A program made the position numbers and the translations under genes. A stretch of 64,000 nucleotides of DNA. Source: Octopus vulgaris (Eukaryota). The notes below the pieces were generated by a model that saw only the letters and a program-made list of their open reading frames with translations, had not been told where the DNA came from and made no database searches. Below are positions 49,346-63,521 of the stretch, one piece after another; positions within the stretch are counted from its first letter, which is position 1, and the number at the start of each line of letters is the position of its first letter. The stretch spans positions 42,656,001-42,720,000 of the forward strand of contig OX597830.1 of the NCBI GenBank assembly GCA_951406725.2, in the 5' to 3' direction.

Positions 49346-51251
49346 AAAGATACCTTGTTTTTGTGTTCAGATCATGAATAACAATTCTTGTTTCAATTTC
49401 TCTACAAAACCCATTTCATAACGAAATATATGCATATTATCTCCATGTTTCTTTTTATTCTGGGTAACAGCATTATTGTATATGAAATCTCATTAAAAGC
49501 ATAGAAATATTAGGAAAAACATTTATATTAGTAATTATTTTGTGGGAGAGCACTTTTAGTCATTCAAAAACTTTAAAAATTCTTGTTGCACAACAGCAAC
49601 CTGGTTCCATTGGAACTGTGTCACGTATCAGGTTACCTTTACGCAAGAAAGTTCTGATTTCACATTTCAAGAAATAAATGCGAAGTGGGTTTATTTAAAA
49701 GATAATTAATAGTGACTGAAGCAGTGTTAATACTAAAATGTATTAAAGTGGGTGTTGTGTTAGAACGCAATACTACATTATTTATCATGTGAGGTCTTCT
49801 CAAATGGTGCATATAAAAACACATGTATGTTTTGTTAACAGGTGATAACCATTTGTTACATCTGCCAGAACTGTCATGGTTGGTTATTGCCCATTTGCAA
49901 TATAAATATGAGTGCTTTTATGCAACACAAGTCTATATGAGAGGCTCTCTCATGGCAAAGAATGCAGTATCTTGTGTTCTAAAACAACATCCACTCTTGA
50001 GTGCGAAATAAATGTTGGTTTCAAATTTCGGTACAAGGCCAGTAATTTATGGTGCTTAACTGGTACTTATTTTATTAACCTTGAAAGGATGGAATGTGAA
50101 ATTCACCCTGGCAGCATTTGAACTTGTAATGTAAAATTGGAAGAAATGGTGCTAAGCATTTTGCCTGTCTCAGTAACGATTCTGCCAGTTCACCACCTTC
50201 TGAGATATGGCAAAGGGAATCATTCAACACATGGTCTCAGATCACTTGCTTGGTAAACACAACTCCCAAATTTGTAAATAAATTATTCATTTTTAAAAGA
50301 AAAGTACAAAATTGGATAAATTTCCTGTAAGTTTCATTTGATGTGTGATTATCTGTTACTCAGGATAATGTTTGATTACCTTTTGATTATCTTTTGGTTG
50401 GAGCTTATTATCTTAGACACATTTTTATTAACAAAACTAGATCCATGTAATACATGTATGTCACAAGTTGGCCAATGTCTTAATGATTGCAACTCTATTA
50501 TCCTTTGAGCCATAGAAAACTTTGTGCCCATAATCAAATTGTTAAGCATTTTATCCAGTTTCTGTTTGCTGAACAAAAGTAAATGAAATGCATAACCTTT
50601 TCACTTGAGAATAATGTATTTGTTCCAAAATAATTGTCCAGCATTATGTCACAGAGTTGTATTCCTCATATTTCAGACTGTTTTACAGTTATTAGATCTC
50701 TGATCATTGCACCATAGAGAAGATTGTTCTTTAAATATGGAAGATAGTTGGTGAGATATAGTGAAAAACTAAGATAATCTTGTCTACAATTTAATGGCCA
50801 TTGATGGTTGCTGCTTGGTTCTAGGTCAGCCCTACCAAGCACTCCTCTGATCAAAAGCATTTCAGTTATGACTCCCCCTCCTATCGTTTCCTTAGAAGCA
50901 CAGCACTCAGGAACACATGCTTTGTGTTATTTCATTCTAAGATGGAAAGGGGGTAGTGATGATTTTAAGAAGATTCGGTTTCTATTTTTAACAGTTTGAG
51001 TGGTTGCATATAAGTTCTTTCGTTAACTTGTACTGTTGATAATGAAGTTTGTAGGTGAAACAATTATCATTCCTACCATTGTAGCGTATCGTGATACAGA
51101 GATACAGATCTACCTATGCTAAGGATTGAAGGCTTAAACTATTTGTTGTTTCCCATCTGAATAACTGACATTTGTTGCCTTTTAGCAGCAAGCTTGGTAG
51201 GTGCAGAGGTATGTTACATATGTGCCTGTGTTTATCATATATCTTCCTCCT

Positions 51252-52410
51252 CATCGTTTAACGTCCGTTTTCCATGCTAGCATGGGTTAGACGGTTCGAC
51301 TGGGGTCTGGGAAGCCAGGAGGCTGCACCAGGCTCCAGTCTGATTTGGCAGTGTTTCTACAGCTGGATGCCCCTCCTAATGCCAACCACTCCGTGTGTGT
51401 AGTGGGTGCTTTTTACTTGCCACTCGCACAGGGACCAGAGGAGGCTGGCAAACGGCCACGGTCGGTTGGTGCTTTTTGCATGTCACCAGCATGGACGCCA
51501 GTCAAGGCGGCGCTGGCATCGGCCACATTCGGATGGTGCTTTTTACATGCCACCGGCACAGGTATCACAACTACAATTTCCATTGATTTTAATTTTGATG
51601 TAGATGTACTTGACTCAATAGGTCTCCTCAAGTACAGCAGGTCACCCTACGATCCAAGGTTAGCACAGCAGGCCGTCCTGCAAGCCATGAACTCACTTCA
51701 TTTGTTGGGCCTTCGCAGTCACGGCATATCTCAGAGGTCTTGGTCTTTTGCCATAGGCTCTGTGAGGCTCAACATTCGAAGGTCATGCTTGACCACCTCA
51801 TCCCTTGTCTTCCTGGGTCTACCTCTACCCCAGATTCCTTCAACAGTTTGAGAGTGGCACTTCCTCACACATCTCTCCTCATCCATCTGTAGTACATGAC
51901 CATACCAACACAAACGTCTCTCCTGCACACCACATCCAGTACTTCTTATGTCCAACATTTCTCTCAGGGCGCTTACACTCTGTCGTGCATGCATACTGAC
52001 TTTACACATCCAGCGGATCATGCTAGCTTCATTTCTTTCGAGCCTACACATATCCTCCACAGTCATGGCCCATTTTTCACTGTCGTGAAGCATGGCAGTT
52101 TGCATACATGCGTCGTACAATCTACCTTTCACTCTGAGCGAGAGAGCCTTTGTTGCCAGTAGGGGAAGAAGCTTTCTAAATTTTGCCCAGGCTATTCTTA
52201 TTCACCCCTACTACTAACTTGGTCACCTAGGTAGCGGAAACTATCAACTACTTCTAGTTTCTTCCCCAGGAGTGTGATGAAATCTGTTTACTGAGTATCT
52301 GTGGTGTCTATTGCCCCTGTGCATCTGCTGCACATGAAAGCCATCTTCTCAGTTAATTTTCCTTTGATGTTGCTGCACCTCTTATGTGTCCATAGCTTAC
52401 ACTGGGTATA
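51252..52410 (-). mobile_element. RTE-clade LINE remnant (ORF C-terminus plus tail)
   Basis: ORF 52132-51731 KGRLYDAC...RRLCWYGHVLQM...GRGRPRKT matches the RTE C-terminal motifs; upstream EVVDSFRYLG; tail GGACGTTAAACGATG. Confidence 0.92.
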
Positions 52411-52655
52411 TGGTTTCAAATTTTTGGCACATGGCCAACACTTTTTGAGGGGAGAGGGAAAATCGATTACATTGGTTCCTAGCATTTGACTGGTTCTTTT
52501 TTTAATTGACCCCTAAAAAATGAAAGCACCACTCATCTTAGTGGAATTTGAACTCAGAATGTAAAGACAGATGAAATGCTACTAAACATTTTGTCCTGTG
52601 TGCTAACAATTCTGCCAGTTCACTTTATATGTATGTGTGTGTGTGTGTGTGTGTG

Positions 52656-52753
<98 letters not shown>

Positions 52754-55700
52754 ACAGTGGAGACATATAAGGAAACTGAATGAAAACAAACAAATAAAGG
52801 CTGTATTAGACCAGAACAACGGTAAAATAGCAAATACTAGAGAATTATTTTCTTTGACAAGAGAAAAGATAGAAGAGAGTGATAGGGTACAGCCACTCCT
52901 TAGGACAGTCCTGAAAGAAAAGAAACATGAATGATGGTCATGTGTGAGCAACGAGAGAAAGAAATGTAGAAAGAGGGGGAGAGAGAGAGACAGATAGAAA
53001 ATGGTGAAGAGGAGAAAAAAGGGAATTAGAGAAAGGATGAGAGAGAAAACGATAGGGGAGAAAACGGTATAGAGTAGAGTTGCATCAAAAAGATTAAGAT
53101 AAACTTACTTGGAAATGGATATGTGGCATTATACACATGTATGCATGTATATATGCATGTGTATATATGTATACATATATATGTTTGTGTATATGTACAT
53201 ATATATGTGTGTGTGTGTGTGTGTATCAGTATATATATTGTAAAATCAAATGTGAAATGGTGGTATGCTAGCATGTTTATGTTTATTGTGATAAAATGTG
53301 GTGATAAAATGTTTCAGCTAATGTACTTTTAAGCCTACCAGTTCATTTCTGGTTTCTAGAACACAGAGAATTGAAAGATCTTGCTTATTATACCAACACA
53401 CAAAAGTAATCTTTAACTATTCATGTAATAGAGAATTCATGCATGACATCAACACATACACTCACTTCTAAACATATGTGTGTGTGTGTGTGTGTATGTA
53501 TATTGTATTTCAAAGGCTGTATGTAGATAAAAATGCCATGATTTATCTCTTTTTCTCTCTCTCTCTTTTCTGCATTGATATAATAAAAGAGAAGTGTTGG
53601 CATTTCATATTTTAAAACAACTCAGTATAGATAAGTTAAAAGCATAGTTAATTGAAAGTTTTGGGAAGAGAAAAACGAAAAAGAAAATCCATCCATTTAT
53701 CTATCCATCCATCTGCCTTCCCCCTCCGCAACATGGACAAAGTCAAATACAATGAAAAATGGCTATAGATTTGCAGAAAATAATTATTTTATACATTTGC
53801 TGGTAATCATTGTAACTCCCACTTGAGTAGTTAATAGTTCTGACTTACTTAAAATTTAATCAAAATATTTTGTTGATCAATTCCAAAATGACAATATCAC
53901 ACTGCATGTTTTTACTGTATCTGTCCTGCACACTCTAGTCTGCCATCTTACTTTTTCTCCCCTAATAGTTTCATTTTGTAGGAAAACACTTTTGCTTTTT
54001 CACTTGGAAACTACCTACTTTTTATCATTACTTCTGTGGATTCCTAGAAACAAATTACTGACATTATGCTAGCTTAATATTCTAACTCTAATTCTAATGT
54101 TTTAATGATGTGATTAATTAGAATGAAGCTGATATTATGTTCTGAAGCAATGTTCGTAACCACACAATCATTAAACAATGAACCAACAGTTACTTTACCA
54201 ATTTTTTTTTTTTGGTGAATTATATTGCAAGGAAAAATTCAATTTATGGTTGGTGTTTGGTTTTAGGCATTGGGTTTAGACTTAGAATTTAAGGTTATAG
54301 TTTAGGGTTTAGAATTAGGTTTTAGGGTTATGGAGAAGGTAAACATTTTTTTGTTTCTGATACACTTGTAATCTCCTGTTTCTAACAAAGAAATCCATAA
54401 ATGTTTTCTGAATAAATTAAAAATCAAAAAGATACAATCAGGAGGATGCTTATTGGATAACTCAGTCATATATTGTATACCAATGTTACGAATAGCTTCC
54501 AAATTTCTAAGCAAGGATTTGAACCCAAATCCACATTTTCTTACAGGTTTTCTTCTTCTTGTTCTTACTTTTTCCACTAGGAAATTTATAAGAGTAAGCT
54601 GACCTTCTTAATCTTTTTGAATCATATATGAGTCAAAGCTGATACAGAGGGAAAATCTTATGTTTAACCTGACCTAATTTAGTTAGAGAAAATATAAATA
54701 TGCAACCAAACATCAGTTCTATCTCTTTGGTCATTTGGCTTCTGGTCTAAGAGCATCCCTCTTTCTTCCTTCTTTTTTCCTGCACCAATGGAGGAAGCAC
54801 CTTTATGTGGGGGACAACACTGCTCTTACTTTCTCTATCTGCCTAGATCTCTTACCTTTCCTCTCTCTAGTTGCCAGCCACAGATGAAACTATCTACAGA
54901 ATCCTGTGTACCTCAACAACTCACAGTAGTTGTAATTTACTTTGTAATGATCATGATGATAAATTAAGGACTATTTCAGCTAACAATTGATATTCTTCAC
55001 TCATTCAGTGAATATTAATGTTACATATGATCATTATAATTGGTGACCTCTAATGTTTATAAACTGTTAAAATTGGGTCTTACACTTAACCATTACAAAT
55101 TGGCGATGCCAACTTCCAAACATGTACTCATATAAAATGTTACACTTAATCATTACACAGATATACCTTTCATATATATTGCATATATGGCATGGGTGGA
55201 ATGGTATTTACATTAGGTTATTGAAATCCAAGTAAAATTAAAAAAGAAAACAAAATGCATGTCTTTTACAAATGATATAAACACTGTTTTGAAATAATGA
55301 ATTATGACGATTCTTATTCAACCAGTGTTCTTCAGTTCTCAGGCAACACTGGATATTCCTCTAATATATTATAAAATCAAATGTAATATGCAGAAATATT
55401 AAAAGGGTTGTGTTATTATTTAATCCATGGCAAGTTCTGATGAAGTAGATCCATGAGCAAAGTCATTCCAGCCACAGTCTATATAGGACATCATTATCCA
55501 ATATGTCCTTAATATTTTAAGACAAAATGAGGTGGTGTGCTGACAAAATCATTAGCAACACTGGCAGTATTTCGTCCATTTTCACATTCTGAGTTAAAAT
55601 TCCACTGAGGTTGACTTTGCCTTTCATCTTTTCAGGGTCGATAAAATACCATTTGAGTACTGAGGTCAATGTAATTGATTTATTCCCTCTCCAGAAATTG

Positions 55701-56349
55701 CTAGCCCTGAGCCAAAATTTGAAACCAAGATCTTAAGACAATATAAGGCAATGAGCTGGCTGAGTCATTAGTGCTCTAAGCAAAATTCTTTGCAGAGTGA
55801 GTTCAAATTCTGCTGCAGTTGACTTTGTCTTTCATCCTTTCAGGGTCGATAAAATAAATACCAGTTGAGTACTGGGGTCAATGTAATTTATCCCCTCCCC
55901 AGAAATTGCTAGCCTTTTGCCAAAGTTTGAAATCAATATTTTAAGACAAAGTGTAAACATATTATTATATAAAAAAAGAAAAAATAATTGTTATTGTTGA
56001 TGATTAAGATGATGATGATGCTATTGATGTCAGCTATATCATGCTAATGGGATAAAAGTCACTCTTGTATATGTGTAACTGTTGTGTGCTTAAGATATTG
56101 AATTCTTAAGTTCAGCATCATGTCACTACATTCTATTTTAATAGAGCATACCGTTGTACTAAACTAGAGCTACCAACCTTTGTGTCTTACTTGTTGAAGG
56201 CTTAGTAGTAGCAAGTTTCTTAAATATATTGCAGGGCAATTTTTGTGCTGCTCCACTGATTATACTGTCTATGCCACTGGATGACAAATACAGGCACTGT
56301 AAATTTCTGTTGCTCCACTGATTTTGTTCTTTATACAAGTGCATCCATG

Positions 56350-56640
56350 CACGCACACACACACACACGTATACACAAACTCACACACACACACACACAA
56401 ACATGAACACGTGTGTGCTCGCATGCACAACACACACACACACACACACAAACATGAACACGTGTGTGCTCGCATGCACAACACACACACATACACATAT
56501 ACACACACAACACATACACACACAACACACACATATGCACACAAACATGAACATGTGTGTGCTCACATGCACACAACACACACACACACAAATATGAACA
56601 TGTGTGTGTTTGCATGCACACACACACACACACATGAACT
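56350..56640. repeat. Minisatellite embedded in (CA)n
   Basis: Core AACATGAACA(C/T)GTGTGTG(C/T)T(C/T)(G/A)CATGCAC at about 56400, 56452, 56543 and 56591, partial at 56633, separated by variable CA tracts. Confidence 0.85.
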
Positions 56641-58265
56641 CATTGTTTTTCTGAAATATATAAATGTACAAACAAATGAAGAGTATTGCATTCATTTTGA
56701 GACTGAATATAAAATAAAAGTATTCTTTTCCTGCTGTCATGTCATTAAATGTTTTGGTCTCAAAGCTTTTCAGACCCACCTCTTATGCTTTCACTTTTCT
56801 ACAGTGTAAATATTTTTCTAGTTTAACAGTTGCTTCTTTTTCATGCAGGATATGTACATGAGCTAATTATTATCTTAATCAGTTCATATATAACAGCAAT
56901 TTATTGTTATTAGTCTGTTATTTACTTTGCATATTTATCTTATCCTGAAATCATTTAAAGAATGGACATGCACTCTATTTTGACATAGTTTCTTGTATTC
57001 TCTCCTAATGTGCATAGTACATTAGTATGTTTACAGAGTTTGAGCTTCTGTATTGAATCTGTGGAAAGTATGTTTCTGTGTTTCACTTTCTAAAGTTATT
57101 TCTATAGATTTTCTATAGAATTCAGAGCCAGTACTGGAAGTTATGCCATTTCATATATGAATACATCAGCTATGTAAACAATGTGATTGAAGATAGAAAA
57201 ATAGGTAATGAGTGTATATACACATTTCAGGAGTTCTTGCTCTTTTATTCAGCACCACAACCAACCCATTAACCATCCACAAACACATTGCTTAAATGGC
57301 CACTAAGTTTAGCTGGGTAATGCAGTTGGGTGCACCAGTTTTACATGTTATCAGTGATTATATGTTTCTATGTATTTTGTTTTTGTAGCAAGACACACAA
57401 CCCTATTTATTAAAGAGATTTTTATAGAATATCTTTGATATGATCAGCTGTCAGGTGAAATATAAGATCTGTATGTAGTGCACCTGAGCATTGTTACAAT
57501 AAGTTCATTATATTACACCAACTGAAACTAATGAGAAAGAATATGAACTGCATCTGAAATTGAACTCAAAGTAATGAGATACGCAACTTTGAATATTGTA
57601 AAGCAATTGGCCTAGCTTGATAAAAGTTTTCAATCACCACCACTTAATAACACTTAAGCACCTTTGAGGTTTTCTGAGGGTAACCTTCTCTTCAGAATAA
57701 CCTTCTCTTTAGAGGTGGCAAAAAGTTTCATAAAAGAGTTTGGCTATACTGTTTAAAGCTCTGTAGAAGCTTCTTCATATGACCCACAAGTTTAGCTGGT
57801 TGATGAACAAAGGGACTAGTTTGATGAGATTCTTGTGAGAATAACATCAAAATTAGAAGTTAAGGATATATATATAATCACAAGTAGGAAGCTCAGTGGT
57901 TAGCTTCGTTGGTATTGGAACAAATGTAGAGGAGTATACCTGGATTTGAAGATAAGAACATTACTTTTCTATGTTCTTTCAGAATGTGGATATATTTTTT
58001 GATGTTTTAGTTTGTAGTTATTAAACTGATTCAGAATGACAAAATGAGTTTAAAGTAAAATGTGATTTATTCAAATACACAAAATACAAATTCAATTTTA
58101 AAAAATTATGTTGTCATAGTGTCAGTGTACTTCAAAAATAAAAATTGTAGAATAAATGTAAATAGAAGTTCCAGCTGACTAACCTGATATGATGATAACA
58201 AACTTTACTAAATAGTTAGGTCAATAGTCCATGATCAAAATAGTTGGTACTTGCTGGCCAACTGG

Positions 58266-58319
<54 letters not shown>

Positions 58320-58335
<16 letters not shown>

Positions 58336-58578
58336 TTAGAGATAAAACCACTATTATGCAACTCAAACAATGATAGACAGAAACCAAAACATAAATAACA
58401 AATATATATTTTTATAAAACATATAACTAGATCTCAAAAAGTATAAATATGAATGATTAATATATAAGTAATATATAATAAGTCCCCCTTGTGGGTAGTA
58501 AAGAAATAAATATATAATAAGTCTATCACTGTTTGAGTTGCATAATAGTGGTTTTATCTCTAATTTATATTTTATATA
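58320..58578. repeat. Inverted repeat, ~58-bp arms
   Basis: ATATAAAATATAAATTAGAGATAAAACCACTATTATGCAACTCAAACA(A)TGATAGAC at 58320-58378 and its reverse complement at 58521-58578. Confidence 0.9.
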
Positions 58579-58677
58579 TTTATATTGTAAAATACTAAAT
58601 TGAATTTTTCCCTGTAAGTTTGGAGTTATACTCCCTAATAGTATTATTATTATATATATATATATATATAATATATG

Positions 58678-58898
58678 CACAAGGGGGCCTGAAAAGTTCC
58701 TGGCTTTGAGTAAAAGAAAATACAGGAGAATCAGTTAATTATGATTTTATTCAACATATTCTCCTTTTAAATTCAAACACTTATTGCAGCAGTCCTTCAA
58801 TTTTTTCTAAACTCTGTGAAAGAACTCAGAAGGTTGGGCCTCCAACCAGGCCCTTCATGATACCCTTAAAGCCAGGAACTTTTCAGCACCCCCTTATA
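58678..58898. mobile_element. Mariner-type MITE
   Basis: TIRs AAGGGGGCCTGAAAAGTTCCTGGCTTT and AAAGCCAGGAACTTTTCAGCACCCCCTT in a TA-rich context. Confidence 0.82.
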
Positions 58899-58921
58899 TA
58901 TAATACGCATTACTTATACAG

Positions 58922-59311
58922 TGTGGAGGCACAATGGCCCAGTGGTTAGGACAGCGGACTTGTGGTTGTAGGATCACGGTTTCGATTCCCAGACCGGGCA
59001 TTGAGCATGTTTATTGAGCAAAAACGCCTAAAGCTCCACAAAGCTCAGGCAGTGGGTGGTAGCAAACCCTACTGTACTCTTTCACCACAACTTTCTCTCA
59101 CTCTGTCTTCCTGTTTATGTTGTACCTATATTTCAAAGAGCCAGCCTTGTCACATTCTGTATCATGCTGAATCTCCCTGAGAACTATGTTAAGGGTGCAT
59201 GTGTCTGTGGAATGCTCAGCCACTTGCACGTTAATTTCATGAGCAGGCTGTTCCGTTGATTGGATCAATTGGAACCCTCGTTGTTGTAACTGACGGAGTG
59301 TGTCAACAATG
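58922..59311 (+). mobile_element. tRNA-derived SINE (family D)
   Basis: Same family as 1588-1970; TSD ACTTATACAG at 58912-58921 and 59312-59321. Confidence 0.88.
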
Positions 59312-59425
59312 ACTTATACAGAAAACGCTATAATTGTTGAGCTGTTACCTTACTCCATGTACTGTACATACACCTTTGATGACTTGTACTGCACCTGAGC
59401 ACTATACACAATAATTTCATTATTA

Positions 59426-59484
<59 letters not shown>

Positions 59485-59708
59485 GAACCAAAGGCAATCT
59501 CTTTATATTATTAGTGAATCTCTTAATAAATATATTATTGAATCTGAATGATTTTGAGAAGTCAGTTGTTTAAATTTATTTATCAAAGCTAACTGACTGA
59601 TTCCACAACATGTTACACACATTTGCTAATCTCCAAAGTGTTTTATATTACTCTTCTTTCTCTTTTATGAATGATATTTAAATGTTAGTAATGATTTTTA
59701 TTTTTCAG

Positions 59709-59889
59709 GGGTACAGCCATTGCTAAAATTACAGGCAAAAATGTGATTGAGCGCACAAATTTATTTGAACGTACTATAAACATGTACATGTATGAAGAAC
59801 TATATGAGGGCCAGAAACTCTCCGAAATTTTCAATACTACACATATAAACATTAAATACCTTCCTGGAATCAAAATACCTGAGAATGTG
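59709..59889 (+). CDS. GPD1: Glycerol-3-phosphate dehydrogenase [NAD+], exon 2
   Basis: Acceptor tttttcAG; (W)GTAIAKITGKNVIERTNLFERTINMYMYEELYEGQKLSEIFNTTHINIKYLPGIKIPENV; donor GTAAGA. Phase matches exon 1. Confidence 0.96.
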
Positions 59890-61401
59890 GTAAGAAAAAT
59901 TAGCTATTTGCTATCTTAAAGTATTTTCTCTTTGTTTTTCATACAGAAAGTATCTATGAGTGATTTATTCTTTAAACAACCTTATTTTTCTACATCAGCT
60001 AGTGTACATTCTTTTACATTTACTTAGTGACTTTTATCCATCATTACTTCAGAAAAGTATGGTAAAGACTGCTTTGCTGATGAGTTCATAATGAAGCTGA
60101 AACATACTTGGAGTTGTCTACCATACTTACTTAAATATATAAAATGATTTTAATCTATGGCTAATATTTTTTTCTTATCATCTCATCACATAATTATTTC
60201 TAATTCTCTGAGCATTAAATATGTTAATACTAACCGAATGACTATTTTTTTTCATGTTAGTGGAGTCTCTATAAAATGTTTTTACAAAACTTTAATTTTC
60301 TATGCTAAGTAGTATACAAAGAAAGGCTCAGAATCTGAGGAAATTGGTTGTGGTCTGCTTTGACAAATATTAATTTATAAAGGTTTGTTGTAAAAAAATA
60401 ACTTACAGTGATTTGATTTGTTGCAAAGCATGAAAAATGATCCAACATTTTGGACACTTATCTATCTTTGGAGAGAAAGAATATACAAGTTAATGGTCTC
60501 AAAAATACCTTAGGCAGCAAAAAATAAAAAGTCTTGCCAAGTCAAAAGATAGAATGAAATGAGAATGTTTTTGCTGTGACTGGCTTCCATACAGTTACCA
60601 TCTTGCAAATTTCACTTGCAAGGCATTCTTCAACCTGCAGGAGGATTGAACCTAAACATTATGTGGTGGTGAAATGAACTTCTTAACCTCACAGCCATGC
60701 TTGCAAGTGGAGCATTACAGCTATCATTTCTTAATAATGTACTTCTCAGAGATATTTTTGTATTAATTTCTTGTTCATTTTACTTTATTTAAACAGACTG
60801 ACTACAGAATGGCTAATACTTTTTCAATCACAAGAATACATAGAGCTGGTGGTTATGTGTAGTTTTTGTTGCATTAAAAAGACAAGAGTGGATTCTCTTC
60901 CAAAAGAGAACACTGATCTATCTCAAGTGATTTTTCCTGACAGAGGAATTGAACCTAACACTGGAAACAAATAGAATATTTCTGGTTCTTTCACTGTCTG
61001 CTGCAGTGAATTATATCAGTGGTGATACTTAGATGGAGCTAAGTGAACTCAGCTGTTGTGAGTTAAATTTCTTGACTACAGACATAAAACTACTTAGATG
61101 ACAGGATATAATATACTGACCTGTCAGCTGGTTTTCTGATACCTTACTGATTTGGCTATTTCTACTGCAACCATTTGCTTATAGTTAATTTCTTACAGTT
61201 TTAGTAAACCATGTTTTTTTTCATTCTCTTTCTATGATTGTTGGGCTCTGTCGGTAAGGGTTGCAGTTGATTATATTAACCCATGTACTTTGGGGAGAAA
61301 GCACAGTCAACTTTGGCATAAAGGGATGTATACAGGTGGAACAAAATACCAATGGGTATTTTTGTCCAATCTACTTATTCTTCTGTTTTGTACACAACCA
61401 C

Positions 61402-61434
<33 letters not shown>

Positions 61435-62077
61435 TACACACACACATACACAAAGTTTTAGATTGTCCCTGCTTAATGTAAAAGGTAAGGAAAGGGTTTG
61501 CATCAAGACACCCGGTCACAAAACACTACCTCAAAAAATACCATTCAACCCATGATAGTATTTAAATGTGCTACACATGCACACACACACACACACACAT
61601 ATGCACTCACACAACAATAATAAATAAGATGGGTTTCTGCACAGTTTTAATCTGACTATTTCTCATGAGGCTTTGGTTGATCAAAGTTATAGTAGAAAGC
61701 ATTTGTCTAAGGTGCTGCACAGAAGAATTGAACTCTATACCATGTGGTTGTAAAGCAAATTGAAGTACACAACATATCTGTGCTCCTATGTATAATAATC
61801 ACCTGCAAGATGTCTGTTATATTTCAAAACTCTGATTGGAAATATAAAACTATAGAAATCTAAAGGTGTAATGTTCCTTTATGTTTTCCTCAATATTTGA
61901 CATTATTTTATATCCCGTATTTCTAAGTTTCAAAAAATTATTATAATCACTGTTTGAATCAAATATTTTGTCTACTATACTTAAAAATTTTAAATATTGA
62001 TCACCTTAACAGCTTCAGTTTATTGTGTTAACAATTCATGTTGTTCTTTATTGTTTACTGGTCTTATTGTTTTCTAG

Positions 62078-62218
62078 GTTGCTATCCCTGATGTTATCAA
62101 AGCCACTGAAAATGCTGATATTTTAATATTTGTTTTACCACACCAATTTGTTCAAGGAATATGCAGTACCATTAAAGGAACTGTAAAACCTGGAGCAGTA
62201 GCTATATCTTTAATCAAA
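62078..62218 (+). CDS. GPD1: Glycerol-3-phosphate dehydrogenase [NAD+], exon 3
   Basis: Acceptor ttttctAG; VAIPDVIKATENADILIFVLPHQFVQGICSTIKGTVKPGAVAISLIK with the ADILIFV-PHQF and SLIK(G) motifs; donor GTAAAT. Confidence 0.96.
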
Positions 62219-63038
62219 GTAAATAATCAAAATTTATTAATTTTGTTTGCTTTTTTCCTTTTTTTTTTTTTAGAATATTAATCTTCATTTATTATGAAAT
62301 GTTTCAACACATTCAATCAGATTCTAAGGAAGAAAGTTTCATCAATTATTTACGTTTTTTCATGTAACTTTTTTTAATGCTGACATTTACCTGTTTGAAA
62401 TGATTAAGAATTGAATACTGAATATCAAGCATCATCTGATGATAACACCTTTCTGATTTAGTCATTAAATTGCATAGTGAAACTGTACACAAAACTGCCT
62501 ACATACCATCACCTAAAGTTGTAATGAAATCTATAACAAAATCAGAAATATTAGAATGTATTGCTTTTTTTTTTTTTTGTTGTGTCGTCAATATTGTGCT
62601 TGATAGATTAGATTGTAATTACGTATTCAAACTATACCAATATAAACAGTGTATATTTGTGTTTTAGTGTCTCTTTATCGTTTCCTAGTATTTCCTCTTA
62701 ATGACTGTATTAAGAAAAAAAAACAAAAAACAATTGTATTAATAAATAGTTGAATTAACAAAAATAAAAAATGTTATATTTTCATTAATTTCAACTATAT
62801 TTATAGACAAGAAAATAAATCTCAAATTCTCTGTAGCTGGCTGCTGGAAATTTTTTTTCCGTCTTCTAAGAGTAAGCACCCAGTCTTTTTTAGCTGTTTC
62901 CACAGAGATACTGCATTCAAAATATACCTTCCTTTCTGTAAAATACCAACACACTTGGTGCTTATAAAGTTTGTTGTCCTTCCTGGAATGAAGCAATTAT
63001 GCAGATAAACAAATTAGACATAATAGCTTGGGTTTGAT

Positions 63039-63521
<483 letters not shown>

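Noticed and set aside
54255-54335. Interstitial telomere or chromosome fusion site
   Set aside because: Short, highly degenerate TTAGGG-like run, like those inside DNA elements at about 27125, 27841, 32252 and 34741. No head-to-head array.
56324-56809. His-rich 161-aa ORF as a metal-binding protein
   Set aside because: Arises from the CA-based minisatellite, with open frames on both strands.
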